DNA from: Vicugna vicugna
Taxonomy: Eukaryota
DNA length: 64,000 nt
Assembly (NCBI GenBank): GCA_013265495.1
Contig: MU058198.1
Coordinates: forward strand, 446,419 to 510,418
Direction: 5' to 3'
Within the stretch, counting starts at the first letter, position 1, and each line of letters opens with the position of its first letter. Shown one piece after another: positions 51,264 to 63,685 of this stretch. The notes under the pieces are model-generated. The model had not been told where the DNA came from and ran no database searches. It saw only the letters and a program-made list of their open reading frames with translations. The position numbers and the translations under genes were made by a program.

Positions 51264-52814
51264 ATGTTACCGCAAAAGAGAGAAGTGGATGCTGGACAGG
51301 GACAAAATAATAAAAAATGGATTTCCGCTATGCTGAGAAGTATGGAATTGAGTTGGCAAATAAATGACGGTAGGAGATTAATTCTTTAGCTCTGATTACT
51401 CAACAAAACGTCTAATGCTTTTTGTTTACATAGGGATAAACTTGTAAACATTGGCTGAAATTTAAACATGGTGTATTTCCTTCTTTCAAAAGCATTCTCT
51501 GTTTATCTGATCACACTGGCTTTAAACTGCGAAACTATTTTTGTTTTTTCTTTTCCTTACCTCTCACCCTTCCCATATCAGGTCAGTCCACAAGTCCTGT
51601 TAATTCTTTCTTTAAATTTTCTCCTCTACTTATTTTGTTCTCTTTTCTGGCTGACACTACACCGGAAGTTCCAGGCTTAAGGTCTAACTCTGCAGGAACC
51701 TAGTAAAATAAGAGCGCATGTTTCCCCAATTAGTCCAGTCAAGGTCCTGGAAGGCTAACTTGGGTTATGTGCCCATTCCTGAGCTGAATCTTGTGGCTAG
51801 GGGCATGGTGGACAGTGACTGGCCAGTCCTGGTCCCATGACCATCCTTGGAGTCAGGAAGGCAATTAGCCTTTCCTGAATCTCTTGGACCAAGAGTGGGG
51901 CAGGGACAGATGCCCAAAGGAAAATCGGGGCAAAAGAAGGCAAAATGGGTAACAGGTAAGTAAAAATAAGATAGCTCACTTAGAAGTTAAAACCCGATCA
52001 CTTCTGATTGGAAAGTATGCTTTGTCTGTAGATGAGAACTCATAGAACTCATATTTTCAACCTGGAAGGGATGGTAGCACGTGTCTCCTTGCCCAAGTTC
52101 CCTAGTTACCATTAACCATTCTTCCTTTGTGCACTCATAGTAATTTACACTTTGAACCCAAGAACCACAAGTCCAATTAGACTGCTCGGAAAGTCCTTGT
52201 TTCTTCCAGTCTTTTTGTTCATTGTTACCCTTCCCCATAACCAGGGGAAGGTATTGGTCAGGATATATGTTTGGCCAAACGTATCAGACCCCAAAAGCAG
52301 TGGTTTACGGAAGATAATGGTTTCTTTCTTTCTTTACATAAAAGCCCAAGTGGGCATTGTGGGCGCTGATCTGTGAAATCAACAACCCGGGCTTCTGCCA
52401 TCTGTTGTGTTGTGATCCCTCTGGTGGGTGCTGCCTGCACATGCATGGCCCAAGGTGTCACCCCATTATTTCCACATTCTGGCCCACAGGAAGTAAGGAG
52501 ACTGAGAAAGGGAGGAACACCCCTTTCTTTTAGCAGCACAACTTGGAAGTTGTAAATACCGCTTCTGCTTACATCCCACTGGCCACTCATGGCTGCACCT
52601 AGATGTGCAGGAAGCCAGGAAACACTGTGTTTATTTTGGGCAACTGTGTACCCAGCTACGAAAGAAAGGAGAACAGATACTGGAAGATAATCATCAATCT
52701 TTGCAGGAGAGAAAGGAGAAAAATCTGACCTTTCCTACTTTTTTGTTTTTCAGATAAAAAAAGAGATCCTTGAGTAACTGCAAATGCAGGAATATTTTGA
52801 CAGCCAGGGTAAAC

Positions 52815-53494
52815 ATGTGTGCCTACTACAGGAATAACGCATATGAAGAAGATCCAGATTACCCTGACTATTCCGGGGCTCAGAACCGTACATGGGGATA
52901 TGTGAAAACTCGGGATTATCCAGATTCTCCAGGTCCTCTGAACAACTCGAACTACCCCAGCACCAGGAGCAACCCATACTCTGCAGGCTCTAGAAGATCA
53001 GACTATCCCCAATCTTTGGCAGAGCCAGATTATATTGGATCTCGGAGCAATCCATTCCACCCAGGCTCATCCAGAGAGCCAGGTTACCCTGCATCGCAAC
53101 AAAATCCTGATTTTGCAGATTCCAGAGGTGGTGGAAACTATGCAAGCTCTAGAACAAATCCAGATTATCTTGGCTCCTTGGGAGAACCAGACTACCCTGG
53201 AGCTCAGGGAAATTCTAACCATCCTGGCCCCAGATCCCATTCCAATCATCCAGGTTCCAGAAGGAATCCAGAACATGCTGGATCCAGAATCAATCCATAT
53301 ATAGACACTTTGGGAGAGCCTGATTATCCAGGTGCTGAGAATCATTTTAAGTCTCCGAACTTTTTTGAGGAACCAGACTATCCTGGTGCTGAGGACTACC
53401 AGAACTCTCCAGACGTTTGGGGGCCACCTGATTACCCAGGTGCCGAGAATGGTCGTGATTATGGCTCTTCTGAGAATCCGGAAGCGACCAGGGA
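52815..53494 (+). CDS. TMC5: TMC5 long isoform, first coding exon (MCAYYRNNAYEEDPDYPDYSG...SENPEATR); exon begins at 52754
   Basis: ORF 52770..53498. Strong acceptor TTTTTTGTTTTTCAG at 52753, ATG at 52815, donor GA|GTAAGT at 53495. Encodes the PDYPG-repeat N-terminus characteristic of TMC5. Confidence 0.95.
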
Positions 53495-55476
53495 GTAAGT
53501 GCCGGTATCTCCCTCCATCGGGGTTGGGGGATGAAGGCTAGATCTTTAAGTCAATGGAACTTGGTTGGCGATATTTGGGTTAGGGACGTGTAAGATGGTT
53601 TCAGTGACCTGAATTTGTGGTGGAACTTCCCTGCCTACCTCTAGACCTCAACCAAGCCATGGACTCTCAGCCTGAGGCTTCAAGCCCTTACTTGGACATA
53701 ATGATTAATCAGTTCTTGCTTGGAGAACACCCTTCCCAGTCTCCTACCTCTTCCTGTCTAATCCCTGCAAGGCATTTAGATCCCCACTGTTTTGACCCTG
53801 CTATTTCTCCAATGAGATTCAGGGTAAGACTTGACAGTTATGAACCCAAACATTTTAACCAGAATTACATCGACAGAAATGCATTCTAATCAAGAAAATC
53901 TTTTGAAGGTCTAACTTCATGAAGTGCATTTAATGCCTCAATTTTTTTTTGTGCAAGATGGTTGAGCCACTCCTGATTTTTCCACTTTCATTTTTATTTT
54001 AATAATATTCTTGTCAGAATTGAATTTTCAGAATTTTCGTGTCTACGGCAGATTTAGTTCATTAATCTTCTGCTTTGTTGTTTTCATTAGGTTTTTTTTT
54101 TGCCATTGTCAGTATTCCTTTAAGGCTGTTTTTTTGTTTTGTTTTTTTTTAAGGTCTCATTTTTCCAGGTTGAGATTCTGTAAGTCTAAATTTTTGCCAA
54201 AAAGACTTTAATATCCCATCCATTTTGATCATTGACAAATTTTACTAGGTACAGTTCTGGATATTGACTGTGTTACTCTTGGGTGACAGTTCTGCAAAAT
54301 CTAATTTGTTCCGAGTTGTCTTTTCAGTGTTCATGTTGCCAGGCAGATGTGATTATTTATTTTTCAGGTTATTTTAACCTACAACACATTTTACCATGTG
54401 ACATTTTAACGGATACAAATCTTATTTTGTATGTACTATTTCTACTAGCAATATTTATGAATTCAACAAATACTAATGGCTTTTATTGATCTCTGGGAAC
54501 AAGGTATGGGATTTGGGTGTGCAGCGGGGTTAAATGTCTTCAGGACCTAAGTAGGAGGACTAACAAGGTCAGGTCAAAAGGTCCTCCTTGGTCTTACCCC
54601 TTACTGCCTGTTCATCACTAAAAATATACCTTTGACCTTGTCCCTTCCTTGTCTCTCATCTTTCGTGGTTCTCCATAACCTTTGGGAGAAAGACCACACC
54701 ACATCACTTTTGAGAACATGTAAGAATGAGGATGTACCGGGCTAATGTAAGGTGCCAGCCAAAGCCCAGCCTGACCAACCTCCTCCCACCTCCGCTGTCT
54801 CCTCCCTACCTCACTCTATACCCTAAGCCAGCAATTCTTGACCTTGCCTGATGCTGAGAATTACCTGATTACCCAGGGAGTCTTAAAATTCATACAAACA
54901 TCTGGACCCAACTTTCAGAGCGTCTGTTTAGTTGTCTGGGGCGGGTACTGGAAATTGGTATGTATGTAAAATTGAGAACTATTGCTCGAGGTTAGTTGAC
55001 TTTCCTAGCATTCGCTTTCTGTATTCAGCACTTTCTGGTGTCACACTTTTTTATTTGTACTGTTCTTCATCCTTGAGGTGCCGTCTTCTTAACTCTTTGT
55101 GTATGAATTTATCCTTCAAATCCCAGCTCAGATACCTCTTTTGCAGGTAGATTTACCTCCAGACCCCCCAGCCTGAATTCTTTTTCTTTCCTCTGAACTC
55201 CTTGAGCCTGTCTTCGGATATTCATCCATTGCTACTTGTATTATAGTTGCTTATGGCTGTGTTTAAGAAGCTCTACCAGACTGTCTTCAGAGTTCCTTGA
55301 GGGTAGACACCCTATGTCTTTATCTTCGTGTTGTCACCCCCTTGCCCATGCCTAACACATGGTTGGCATTCATTCACCATTTGTGGAATGAATGGATTGG
55401 GGGGTGGATGGATGGATGGATGACTATCCTTATCATGCTACTGGATGAATATTTATCCATCATTTTGGGATTTCAG

Positions 55477-55649
55477 AGTGCTCAGCAGAACATCTTCAAT
55501 CCGTCCCTCATTTCACCGTGGGGATGATGATCCCTTGGACATCCTTGGGAGAGAGGATGGAGATTACCCTGAAAGCATTGAAATGAACTCCATGGAGATG
55601 GCAAACCCATATGGCCACCCTGTACCAAGTGCTCCTGGCAATGGCTATG
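55477..55649 (+). CDS. TMC5: TMC5 long isoform exon (VLSRTSSIRPSFHRG...APGNGY)
   Basis: ORF 55445..55693. TTTCAG acceptor, ATG|GTAAGC donor, 173 nt, phases consistent. Confidence 0.93.
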
Positions 55650-58339
55650 GTAAGCATTGTAAAGATGAAGATCACATCCTGGGAAGAGAGTAAAATTCAT
55701 TGGGCCTGGAACCAATCATTAAAGATCAGCAAGAGAAGAATTGATTTATCCCCTGCTCCTTCAATATCATCTTACAAGAACTGAACACTCAGGATCTAGA
55801 AAAGATAAACACTATCATCAATTATCCAAGTGAGTCGGGTAGGGATTGTGGAAGATGGGGGCGTTCCCCCCTCCATGCCTGTGTGAGGTGGCTGAGGTCA
55901 GGGTTCAGCCCATTGTGGTTATGTGGGAAGATGGGCTTAGTGTGGCCAGATCCTTAGATTTCTCTAAAGAAGCCAGACATCAGGGTTTTTCATGCTCCAG
56001 AATAACTTTAAAAATAAATAAATAAAATCCCTGAGCTGGGCAAGCAAAACCATGGGTAGGCTAGATTCAGTTTATGTGGCCGCTCGTAGCCGGCTTTAGT
56101 TTGGTACAAGGTGTTCAGATGGTCAGCCCTTGTATGTTTGGAACCTACTGGGGGCACAGGGAGTTAGAAGCAGCTCCGTCTTCACGTTACTTAAAGCCTG
56201 ACTGAGTAGGTGGTCCCCGCACATCAAGACTAAAGAAAATTAGCAAACAGATTCTCGGTATGTGAAAAAAAATCACATTGTCCTCAGAATTTGCTGTGTA
56301 TAAAGGTCTAGTTCTGGGAAGCAAAGGAAACTCTACCAGTTCTCATCTTCCAGGAGGAAAAGGGGACTTGTTATCTGATAGAGGAAGCCACTCGTTACAC
56401 AAGTCAATATCATAGGAATTCAGAGCCCACGGGAGCCAGATAAGGGAGGGAGTATTCAGCCATCAACAGAATGAGGGACCCAAGTGTTGGATGGTGCAGA
56501 TGGAGGACTGTTCAGCTGCATTAGCCCTGAGGGGGTGGGTGGGGATGAGACTGAAGGATGCAGAGAGGAGGGGATGGGGTGCATTACCATGCACTAATGC
56601 AAAATGCCGACTGTTACATCTTTGCATAGAAAACCTTCACTTTGGCTATTCTAAATCTTCATACCAGCCATTCTCAGTGGGACGTATCAATCCCAAGGGA
56701 CAAAAATTTATTGAAAGGCCAGAAAAAATACCTTCCTCTTTTTCTGTTTAGAGCAGATATACATATAGCACATATACAGAATATCTGTGGTATTAAAATG
56801 TCGTGGGGGAGGGCAATGAGGAAGAAATGTCTAAAAAGACTCATTGGGAGGCCAGTAATGAAAAAGATCGAGAAACTCTGCCCCACCCTGATGCAAGCGG
56901 AGCAAATAACACCAGGTTTTGAGTGTTTTCGATGCCCTGTTCCTTTTACAGTCTTGTTTAATCTGCAACCACCTTTCAGAGAGGCGCTACTTCTCTCTCT
57001 GTTTACAGAGAGGAAAACAGAGGCTCAGAGAGAAAGGTGCTCAAGGTCACTCGGCTACTAAATCAAAAGAACCAGGATCAGAATCTAGTCACTCTGATCC
57101 TGCATTACTGCTGGTTAGGACCGAGGCAAATGCAGATTCCTAACCGCCAAGCTCCAATGCTGGAAATTAAAAAAACTGTTCTAAAAAAGTAGTCACATCA
57201 AGTGTGGCTTCCTTCTCTGGGCTCCTGTTGGGATCAGGGTTGTAGCCCTTGGCATTCACTTGTCCAGTGTGCTACCATCCTGAGGGACTGTGCACTCCTT
57301 AAGAAGAACCCATCTTATCCATGTATCCTCCAAGGCTCCAGGTCATTTTCCTAGTGTCACTTCCTGGTACATAGTAGATCCTTAAGCAGTGTTAACTGAA
57401 TTTATTAATTCAGCACAACTTGTAAGGGATGCATCAGTTAGCTGTTGCCACAGGAATGCTGCATAACAAACAACTCCAAAAACCCAATGTTGTACAGCAA
57501 ACAGCATTTATTTCTCACCCACACATCTGTAGGTTTGCTTGGAGTTTGACTGAACCAGGCTGTGTTTGGCTGTGCTTGACTCCAGGTCACAGATTCTGTT
57601 TAGGTTTAGTGCCTTCTAGCCCAGTGAACTAACCTGGGCCATTTTCTTCTTCTGGAGTAAGCTAGAAGTGCTCTAAGTGGCAACCAGAAATGCACAATGT
57701 CTGTGAGTCCTTGACTTGGAACTGGCACACTGTCACTTCTGCTGTGTTCCACTGGTAAAGGCAAGTCATGTGACCATACCCAACCTCAGTGGAGGTGTCC
57801 AAGGTGGGGGAAGTAGAATATTTGCTGAAAAACAATGAATTTACCATAGAAGTTAATATATATTAAGAGTTTACTATTTTCCAGGATTATTCTGAAGACT
57901 TTACATGTGTTAAATGATTCAAATTTCTCCAACAATCCCATGTGAAGGTCCTATTATTATCCCTGTTTTACAGACTAAAATATTAAAGCTCAGAGAGTTT
58001 AAATAACATGCCAGAGAGCACACAGCTAGTAAGTAATAAAGCTGGGAACTGATTTCTGCCAAGAAGTTCCAGAACCTCCTGCAGTATAATTCTGTGCATG
58101 TCTCCGTCAAGATATGCTTCATTTTCTCTTTGGAGGAGTTTAGCCTTCAGTGTTTACCAGGGGTTGAATAAAAATATATTGAATTGTGACACTCTTGTAG
58201 ATGCTGAGTGGACTCTGTCCCTAAGAAAATCATGACAAATTTCAAATGAATTCATGCATCATCATAAAATTCTAGAAATTGAAGGAAGCTTTGTAATCAT
58301 CTAGACAAGCTTTCTTTGGCTTATTTTTTCAAATTAAGA

Positions 58340-58650
58340 CTATTTTTTTAAAAGAAATTTTAGGTTCACAGTAAAATCGAAGGGAAGGAAACAGACTTCC
58401 CCACATACCCTTTGCCCCACACATGCATGGCCTCCCCCAATATCAGGGTCCCCCACCAGAGTGGCACATGTGTTACAATTGTACCTACATGGACACATCA
58501 TTATCACCCAAAGTCCACAGTTTACGTTAGGGTTCACTCTTGGTGGTGTGACATTCTATGGGTTTGACAAATATCCATCATTATGGTGTCACTGAGTGTA
58601 TTTCTGCTGCCTCAAACCCCTCTGAATTCTGCCTATTCATCCCTCCACCC
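58340..58650 (-). mobile_element. L1MC-like 3' end
   Basis: TTTTAGGTTCACAG...ACACATCATTATCACCCAAAGTCCACAGTTTAC. Confidence 0.75.
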
Positions 58651-58774
58651 CACAGACAGGTATTTTTCAAACGCTGAGTTGTGACCCGTTAACAACTCTT
58701 ACTGACCGTTCTGTGCTCAGTCATATCTAGTGTGGTGGGATTAACTGGTGATGTCTCCCACGTCTTCGTTCCAG

Positions 58775-58864
58775 TGAACCCTGCTTATGTGGGTGATGAC
58801 AGCCCTGGTCAAGCTTACAGAGACCCACTCTTGTCTGGATGTGATTGGCTCAAGTCACCCCAAG
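58775..58864 (+). CDS. TMC5: TMC5 long isoform 90-nt exon (VNPAYVGDDSPGQAYRDPLLSGCDWLKSPQG)
   Basis: Read manually (not in the ORF track in this frame). CGTTCCAG acceptor, AAG|GTAAGG donor, phase 1/1. Resembles TMC5 VNPAYVG...SPQG. Confidence 0.92.
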
Positions 58865-59449
58865 GTAAGGCTTAAATGGACAGTGACCCCCAAATCAACC
58901 CTAAAGAACATGTTCAAGGCAATGCAAACATTGCCGTTCCTCTTGGCCTCCGGTGTGATAACTAATTCTCTCCTTCCTGAATGTATCACAGTGGGGTTTT
59001 CTTGTAGACATCAGAGTTTTTTCCCTTCTGGATAGCAAGGTGTCTCCATGAAGATTCTTCTGGTTGCAAGTAACAGAAACCCAAATCACACCGGCCCAAG
59101 ACTTGTGTGGTGCAAAGGACATGGGGAAACAAAGAATTGAAGCTAGAATTACCATCTGGCACTTAGTATGGTGCCTGGTGCATAGTAGGTGCTCAAAGAT
59201 ACTTGTTGAATGAATTATGGGAACCAGGGCCTCTGAGTCTGAAGCCACGGCTCCATGCCACCTGGACTCTCTTTTCCTCCATCTATTTGTCATCTGCGCT
59301 TGATTCAGCATCTCTTAAAGCTTCACCTCATTCATCTTAACCCCAGTCAGGCCTTCTCTGCAGGCCTGGGAGCACGGCCAGTAGCAGGACCAGGCATACA
59401 CTCAGCTCAGCAATCTCATTGCAAAGTTTTCCTTTCTCCCTGGGCCTAT

Positions 59450-60040
59450 CAGTCAGTGCTGAGGAAAGACACTGTCCAGCCCCATTTGGGGCACATACCT
59501 GCACGTGGACCAATCATTTTTAGATAGGAAAAAAGACATGGCCATCCCATGGCTAGATAGAGGCAGACAGATAGCGGGGTGGCCGCCCAAGGCAGTCAGG
59601 AGATAATTGTTTATAAACCCATCTGGATTTACACAGGTATGTACAATTATAAACATAGAAGTTTTAGGCCAGAGGCACCAAATTGAAAAGCAAATCCCGC
59701 CCTTTGATTATGAGTCATTGAGAAGAATCTCTACCTTCTGTTTCTAGAATCCCACTGCCTTTAACAAAGAATTCTGTTGCCTAGCTACTGGGACAGATGT
59801 CTCTGCAGGAAACACGCCTCTTTGCGAGGAGACCCTCTGGTGTGGGTGCGGGGAGTTGTGCTGTGATTTGTGTGGCACTGGCTTTGTCGCTCTCATCCTG
59901 GCGTTAAAATCTGTGCATGGGGCGGTTCTTGGTGACTGCGATCACTTTTCCTGGCGGTTCCCGACAATGCCAGTGTGACTGCCGTATGAGGTCTTGGGAA
60001 GCCCACCCCAGTGGAGACTGAGGCTTGGAAGAGGCGAGAG
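59450..60040 (+). promoter_or_regulatory. TMC5: Probable internal promoter and 5' UTR of the short TMC5 isoform
   Basis: Non-repetitive DNA directly upstream of the alternative ATG. AP-1 TGAGTCA at 59711, forkhead-like TGTTTAT at about 59608, raised CpG content. Confidence 0.5.
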
Positions 60041-60350
60041 ATGCTATCTGATGACCAAGTGAATGAAATCGTCATCGAGGTTGAGAATGTCCCATCTGGG
60101 GTCCAAAGCCGTCCATCTTCAAATCAGATTTTTCCAGGCAAGATGCTGGTGACCTCAGGCTTCAGCCTCATCTCCTCCGTTTCTGACACCGACGTGACCG
60201 ACTCTCAGGTTCTCAGCAATCGGCATGACAGAAAAAGAAAGCAGTTGTTCCAGTTTTCAACATCTATGAATGACTCGTTTTCTCAGACCCTTCACAGCTT
60301 GGGAAGCTTGAGCTTAGACACCCCTCGGACTTCACATGAGAACATCCAAG
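60041..60350 (+). CDS. TMC5: TMC5 short isoform, alternative first coding exon (MLSDDQVNEIVIEVENV...SHENIQG)
   Basis: ORF 60011..60379, ATG at 60041, donor AAG|GTAGTA. Phase 1 matches the exon at 62102. Resembles the known short TMC5 N-terminus MLSDD. Confidence 0.9.
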
Positions 60351-62101
60351 GTAGTAAGACACGGGGCCAGAAAAGTTAGGACAGAAGCAGCGGCGTCTTC
60401 CAAGCTGTCCACAGGGCTCTGGGTTTTTAAGACTTCGAGTAGGTTGAAGGTTTGGTAGATGACCTGAGGATGCTAGAGACCCAGGAAGGGGTCACTGTGA
60501 GAGCACATAATCCCGAAGAAGGAGTTTATCTTGATCAGGCTAGTTTCATGTGCCTGATGTCCTGACTTTCTGTTATCCATCCAGTTTACTTTTAGTTACT
60601 CCCCACACTCCACCCCTGTGAGGCAGGCATGCCTATCATTTCCATGTGCATGATGAGGAAACTGAGGCTCGGGGAAATTAAATGATGTGGTAGATCTGGG
60701 ATTAAATGCAGATCTGCCCGGTTCCCAAGCCTGACGCCGTAACCGCTGTCCTGTCCTGCTTTGGTCCACTTCCTCCCCACCCCGGACTGGACAGCACCGG
60801 ATGCCTCTTATTGTCAAGTCTGCCGTGAAATCACGTCTTAGCTGAGCCCTCCCTGCCTCTCTGCTCCTGATGCCAAACACTGGTTTCTTGGATGCTGTTT
60901 CTGTTTCATCCCATAATACTCCAGGCATAAAGGCCAGCTGCTGTCAGTGATTTCTAAGAGGGGGAAAAATCCATTCACATCAAAGCATTTTGTGGCTTTA
61001 GCTCTTTTATTGAAGATGGGGGTGTCTCCTCTCAAGCTGCTGTCTCCCCGAATTTCTGTTTTTTTCCCCTCCTCCCTCCTTCTCCTTTTCCCCTCTGTCT
61101 GTCCTCACTTCCTTCTCAGGAAAAACACAAAGTCCTCATCTCCAGCTGAGTGATTTGGTGGCCCTCTTCGGCGGATTCTCCCTCCACCTCAACTACCTCA
61201 TTAAAACGAGGAATTGTGTCTCACTCAAGGACAGGACCGGGGGGCCAGCCCGCTCCCCTGTCACTGTCCAAGCCGGCCCCCCCAGCTGCTTCCCTCACTG
61301 GTACAGAATGTGGCACATGTGACACACAGGAGGAAGGATCTGTCATTTCCTTGTTTTTTGAGTTTTGCTTTTTTTTTTTGAGAAGGAAGAAACCTTTTCT
61401 AAGAAACTCTTTAGCTCACGACCCCTCACAGAACATTGGTCAACGTATCACATGCCTGGGCCAAAATCGTTCACCCGCAAGGGGGCCGGGACCATCAGGA
61501 TAGGCCTGGACTCACTGGGACCGTTCCCTGTGCCTGGAGATGGGTCCCACCCTATGGAAGCCATGGGAGGGGGGTAGACTCCTAAACAAAATTGGATTCT
61601 ATTAAAAAGGACATATGACTTTGGGGTAGGAGACCAACAGTATCTGCCATGCTGACCCAAAATGTGAATTTGAGTTATTGGGAGAATGTGGATGGGAGTC
61701 GTTTCTGGATGGGAAGAACATAACACAACAGTCAAGAAACATAAAGAAGATGCTTGGGTCTGGAGTACAGGGGGTGAGAGAAAGCCATGGGGACATGGCA
61801 GAGGCAGGAGAGCCAGACTGACCAAATGCTCTGGGTCTCACTGGCTTTGCTAAATGTTTCTTGTCACCAGAAAAAGGAAACCACTAAATTGGAATTGCAT
61901 GCAAACGACCGTTTGCTTTGCTTCCGAAATTTAACACATCCTCATGCTGTCTTCTTGTTTTTGCTTGTGAGCTTTGGGATCACTGAGCCCATATATTCTT
62001 CTTGTTCTCTTATAAAAACATGCTCTATCTTCAGCACCATATTTTAAAATGCCATTATTCTGCTAAAGGGAAAATAAATTCCATTTATTTTTTGTCTGCA
62101 G

Positions 62102-62201
62102 GACAAAAGTTAATCGCATCGCTGATACCCATGACATCTAGAGACAGAATTAAAGCCATCAGGAATCAGCCAAGGACCATGGAAGAAAAAAGGAACCTTA
62201 G
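62102..62201 (+). CDS. TMC5: TMC5 first shared exon (GQKLIASLIPMTSRDRIKAIRNQPRTMEEKRNLR)
   Basis: ORF 62002..62331. TTTTTTGTCTGCAG acceptor, AG|GTATGG donor, 100 nt. Confidence 0.95.
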
Positions 62202-62289
62202 GTATGGACCAAGAGCTTTTCTTCTTGCCCATGATTTCATGCAAACCTCAAGATCAGTCAAGGTTAGCATCCCTAGAATTAAGTCACGT

Positions 62290-62752
62290 GATCAGAAGGA
62301 CACCCTCCCCCTCTGTGGTACTCTCGCCTAAAACCTGCAACCCCAGTCTACCCAGAGAAGAAAATCAGGCAAACCCCGATTGAGGGACATTCTACAAAGT
62401 ACCTGAGCAGTATTCCTCAAAACTGTCAAGGTCATCAAAAAGAAGGAAAGACTGAAAAACGGTCACAGACTAGAGGGTTCTAAAGAGACAGGACAACCAA
62501 TGCAGTGTGGTATCGTGGATGGGTCTTGGAAGAGAAAATGGGCATTGGTGGAAAAACTAATAAAATCAGAACAGCCTGGAGTTCAGGAAAAAGTAATACA
62601 CCAATGCTGGTTTCTTAGTTCTGACAAATCTACCATGGAAATGTAAGATGTTAGTGGGGAAATGAAATGCTGAGCAGTAGATGGGACGTTTCTGTACTCT
62701 TTTTGGTATCTTCTCTGTATGTCTCAAAATACTCATAAAAAAAAAAAAGAAA
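62290..62752 (+). mobile_element. L1MC-like 3' end
   Basis: GAGGGACATTCTACAA...CTCAAAACTGTCAAGGTCATCAAAA..., polyA. Confidence 0.75.
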
Positions 62753-63344
62753 GCAAAATTCCAAGACGACACAACCCCAGCAGCTTTCTAACTAACCCCA
62801 GAAGTCCAAAAACAAGAATGGGAGGTGTTTAAGCCTTCATACCTTCTTACATTTATGTTTCCTCAACCCTTTCTTTTTCCTTTTGCAATTTGTAGTAGTT
62901 GGCAGAAACGAGTAGAGTGGATACAATTGCTAACAAATAATCCAACAATGCAATTGTTCTGAGGTTGCAAAGCTAACTTTGAAAGTCTGGACAGGGAGAC
63001 AGATTGATCAACAAGTAATTTATAAATGACAGAAAGAAAATCCGGCCACACCAAGGTAGAAGGAGATGGCAGTGGGAGGACTAGAAGAAAAGATAACAAT
63101 CTGCTTGAGCAAAACAGGAGGACAGCTGAGCTGAGCCTTGGAAGATGGTGATGTGGGGGTGGGCCTTTGTGGGGGACCAGATAGAGCCAGGGAAGGGCCA
63201 GAGCAAAGGAGATGTGATGAGTTCATGGAAAGGTAGAGAGACCGACCACGGATAGATCTTTCTGAAAACACTCTTTCAAACTCTGCACGGCTCCCTCTGT
63301 CACAGAGTAAGGGCCTTATGATGGCCCAAAAGACATCACAGCAC

Positions 63345-63545
63345 GGTTTGCAGCCTGACATTTGGGGCTGGGTGATTCTGTGCTGTGGAGGCTGCTCTGT
63401 GCATTGTAAGATGTGTAGTAGCATCTGTGGTCTCTCTCACTAGATGCCAGAGATACCCGCTCTGTCCCCAGTTTTACAACCAGTGGAGTCTCCAGACATT
63501 GCCAAGTGTCCCTGGGGGGGCAAAATCTCCCAGGTTGAGAGCTGC
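63345..63545. mobile_element. MER20
   Basis: GACATTTGGGGCTGG...TCCAGACATTGCCAAGTGTCCCTGGGGGGGCAAAATC...GGTTGAGA. Confidence 0.8.
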
Positions 63546-63685
63546 TCACTTGCAGGACCCCCCACCCACCCATGATTGTTCCACTCTTCACCCTGCCCCC
63601 TGCTCATTCCATTCCAGTCATCCTGGCCTCCTTGGGGCTTCTTATTGGCTGTTCCAGACATTCCCTTATCCATAGACTAACCCAG

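Noticed and set aside
52770..53498. Standalone 242-aa single-exon protein
   Set aside because: The TAA lies within the GTAAGT donor and I saw no clear nearby polyA signal; this is the TMC5 exon read into the intron.
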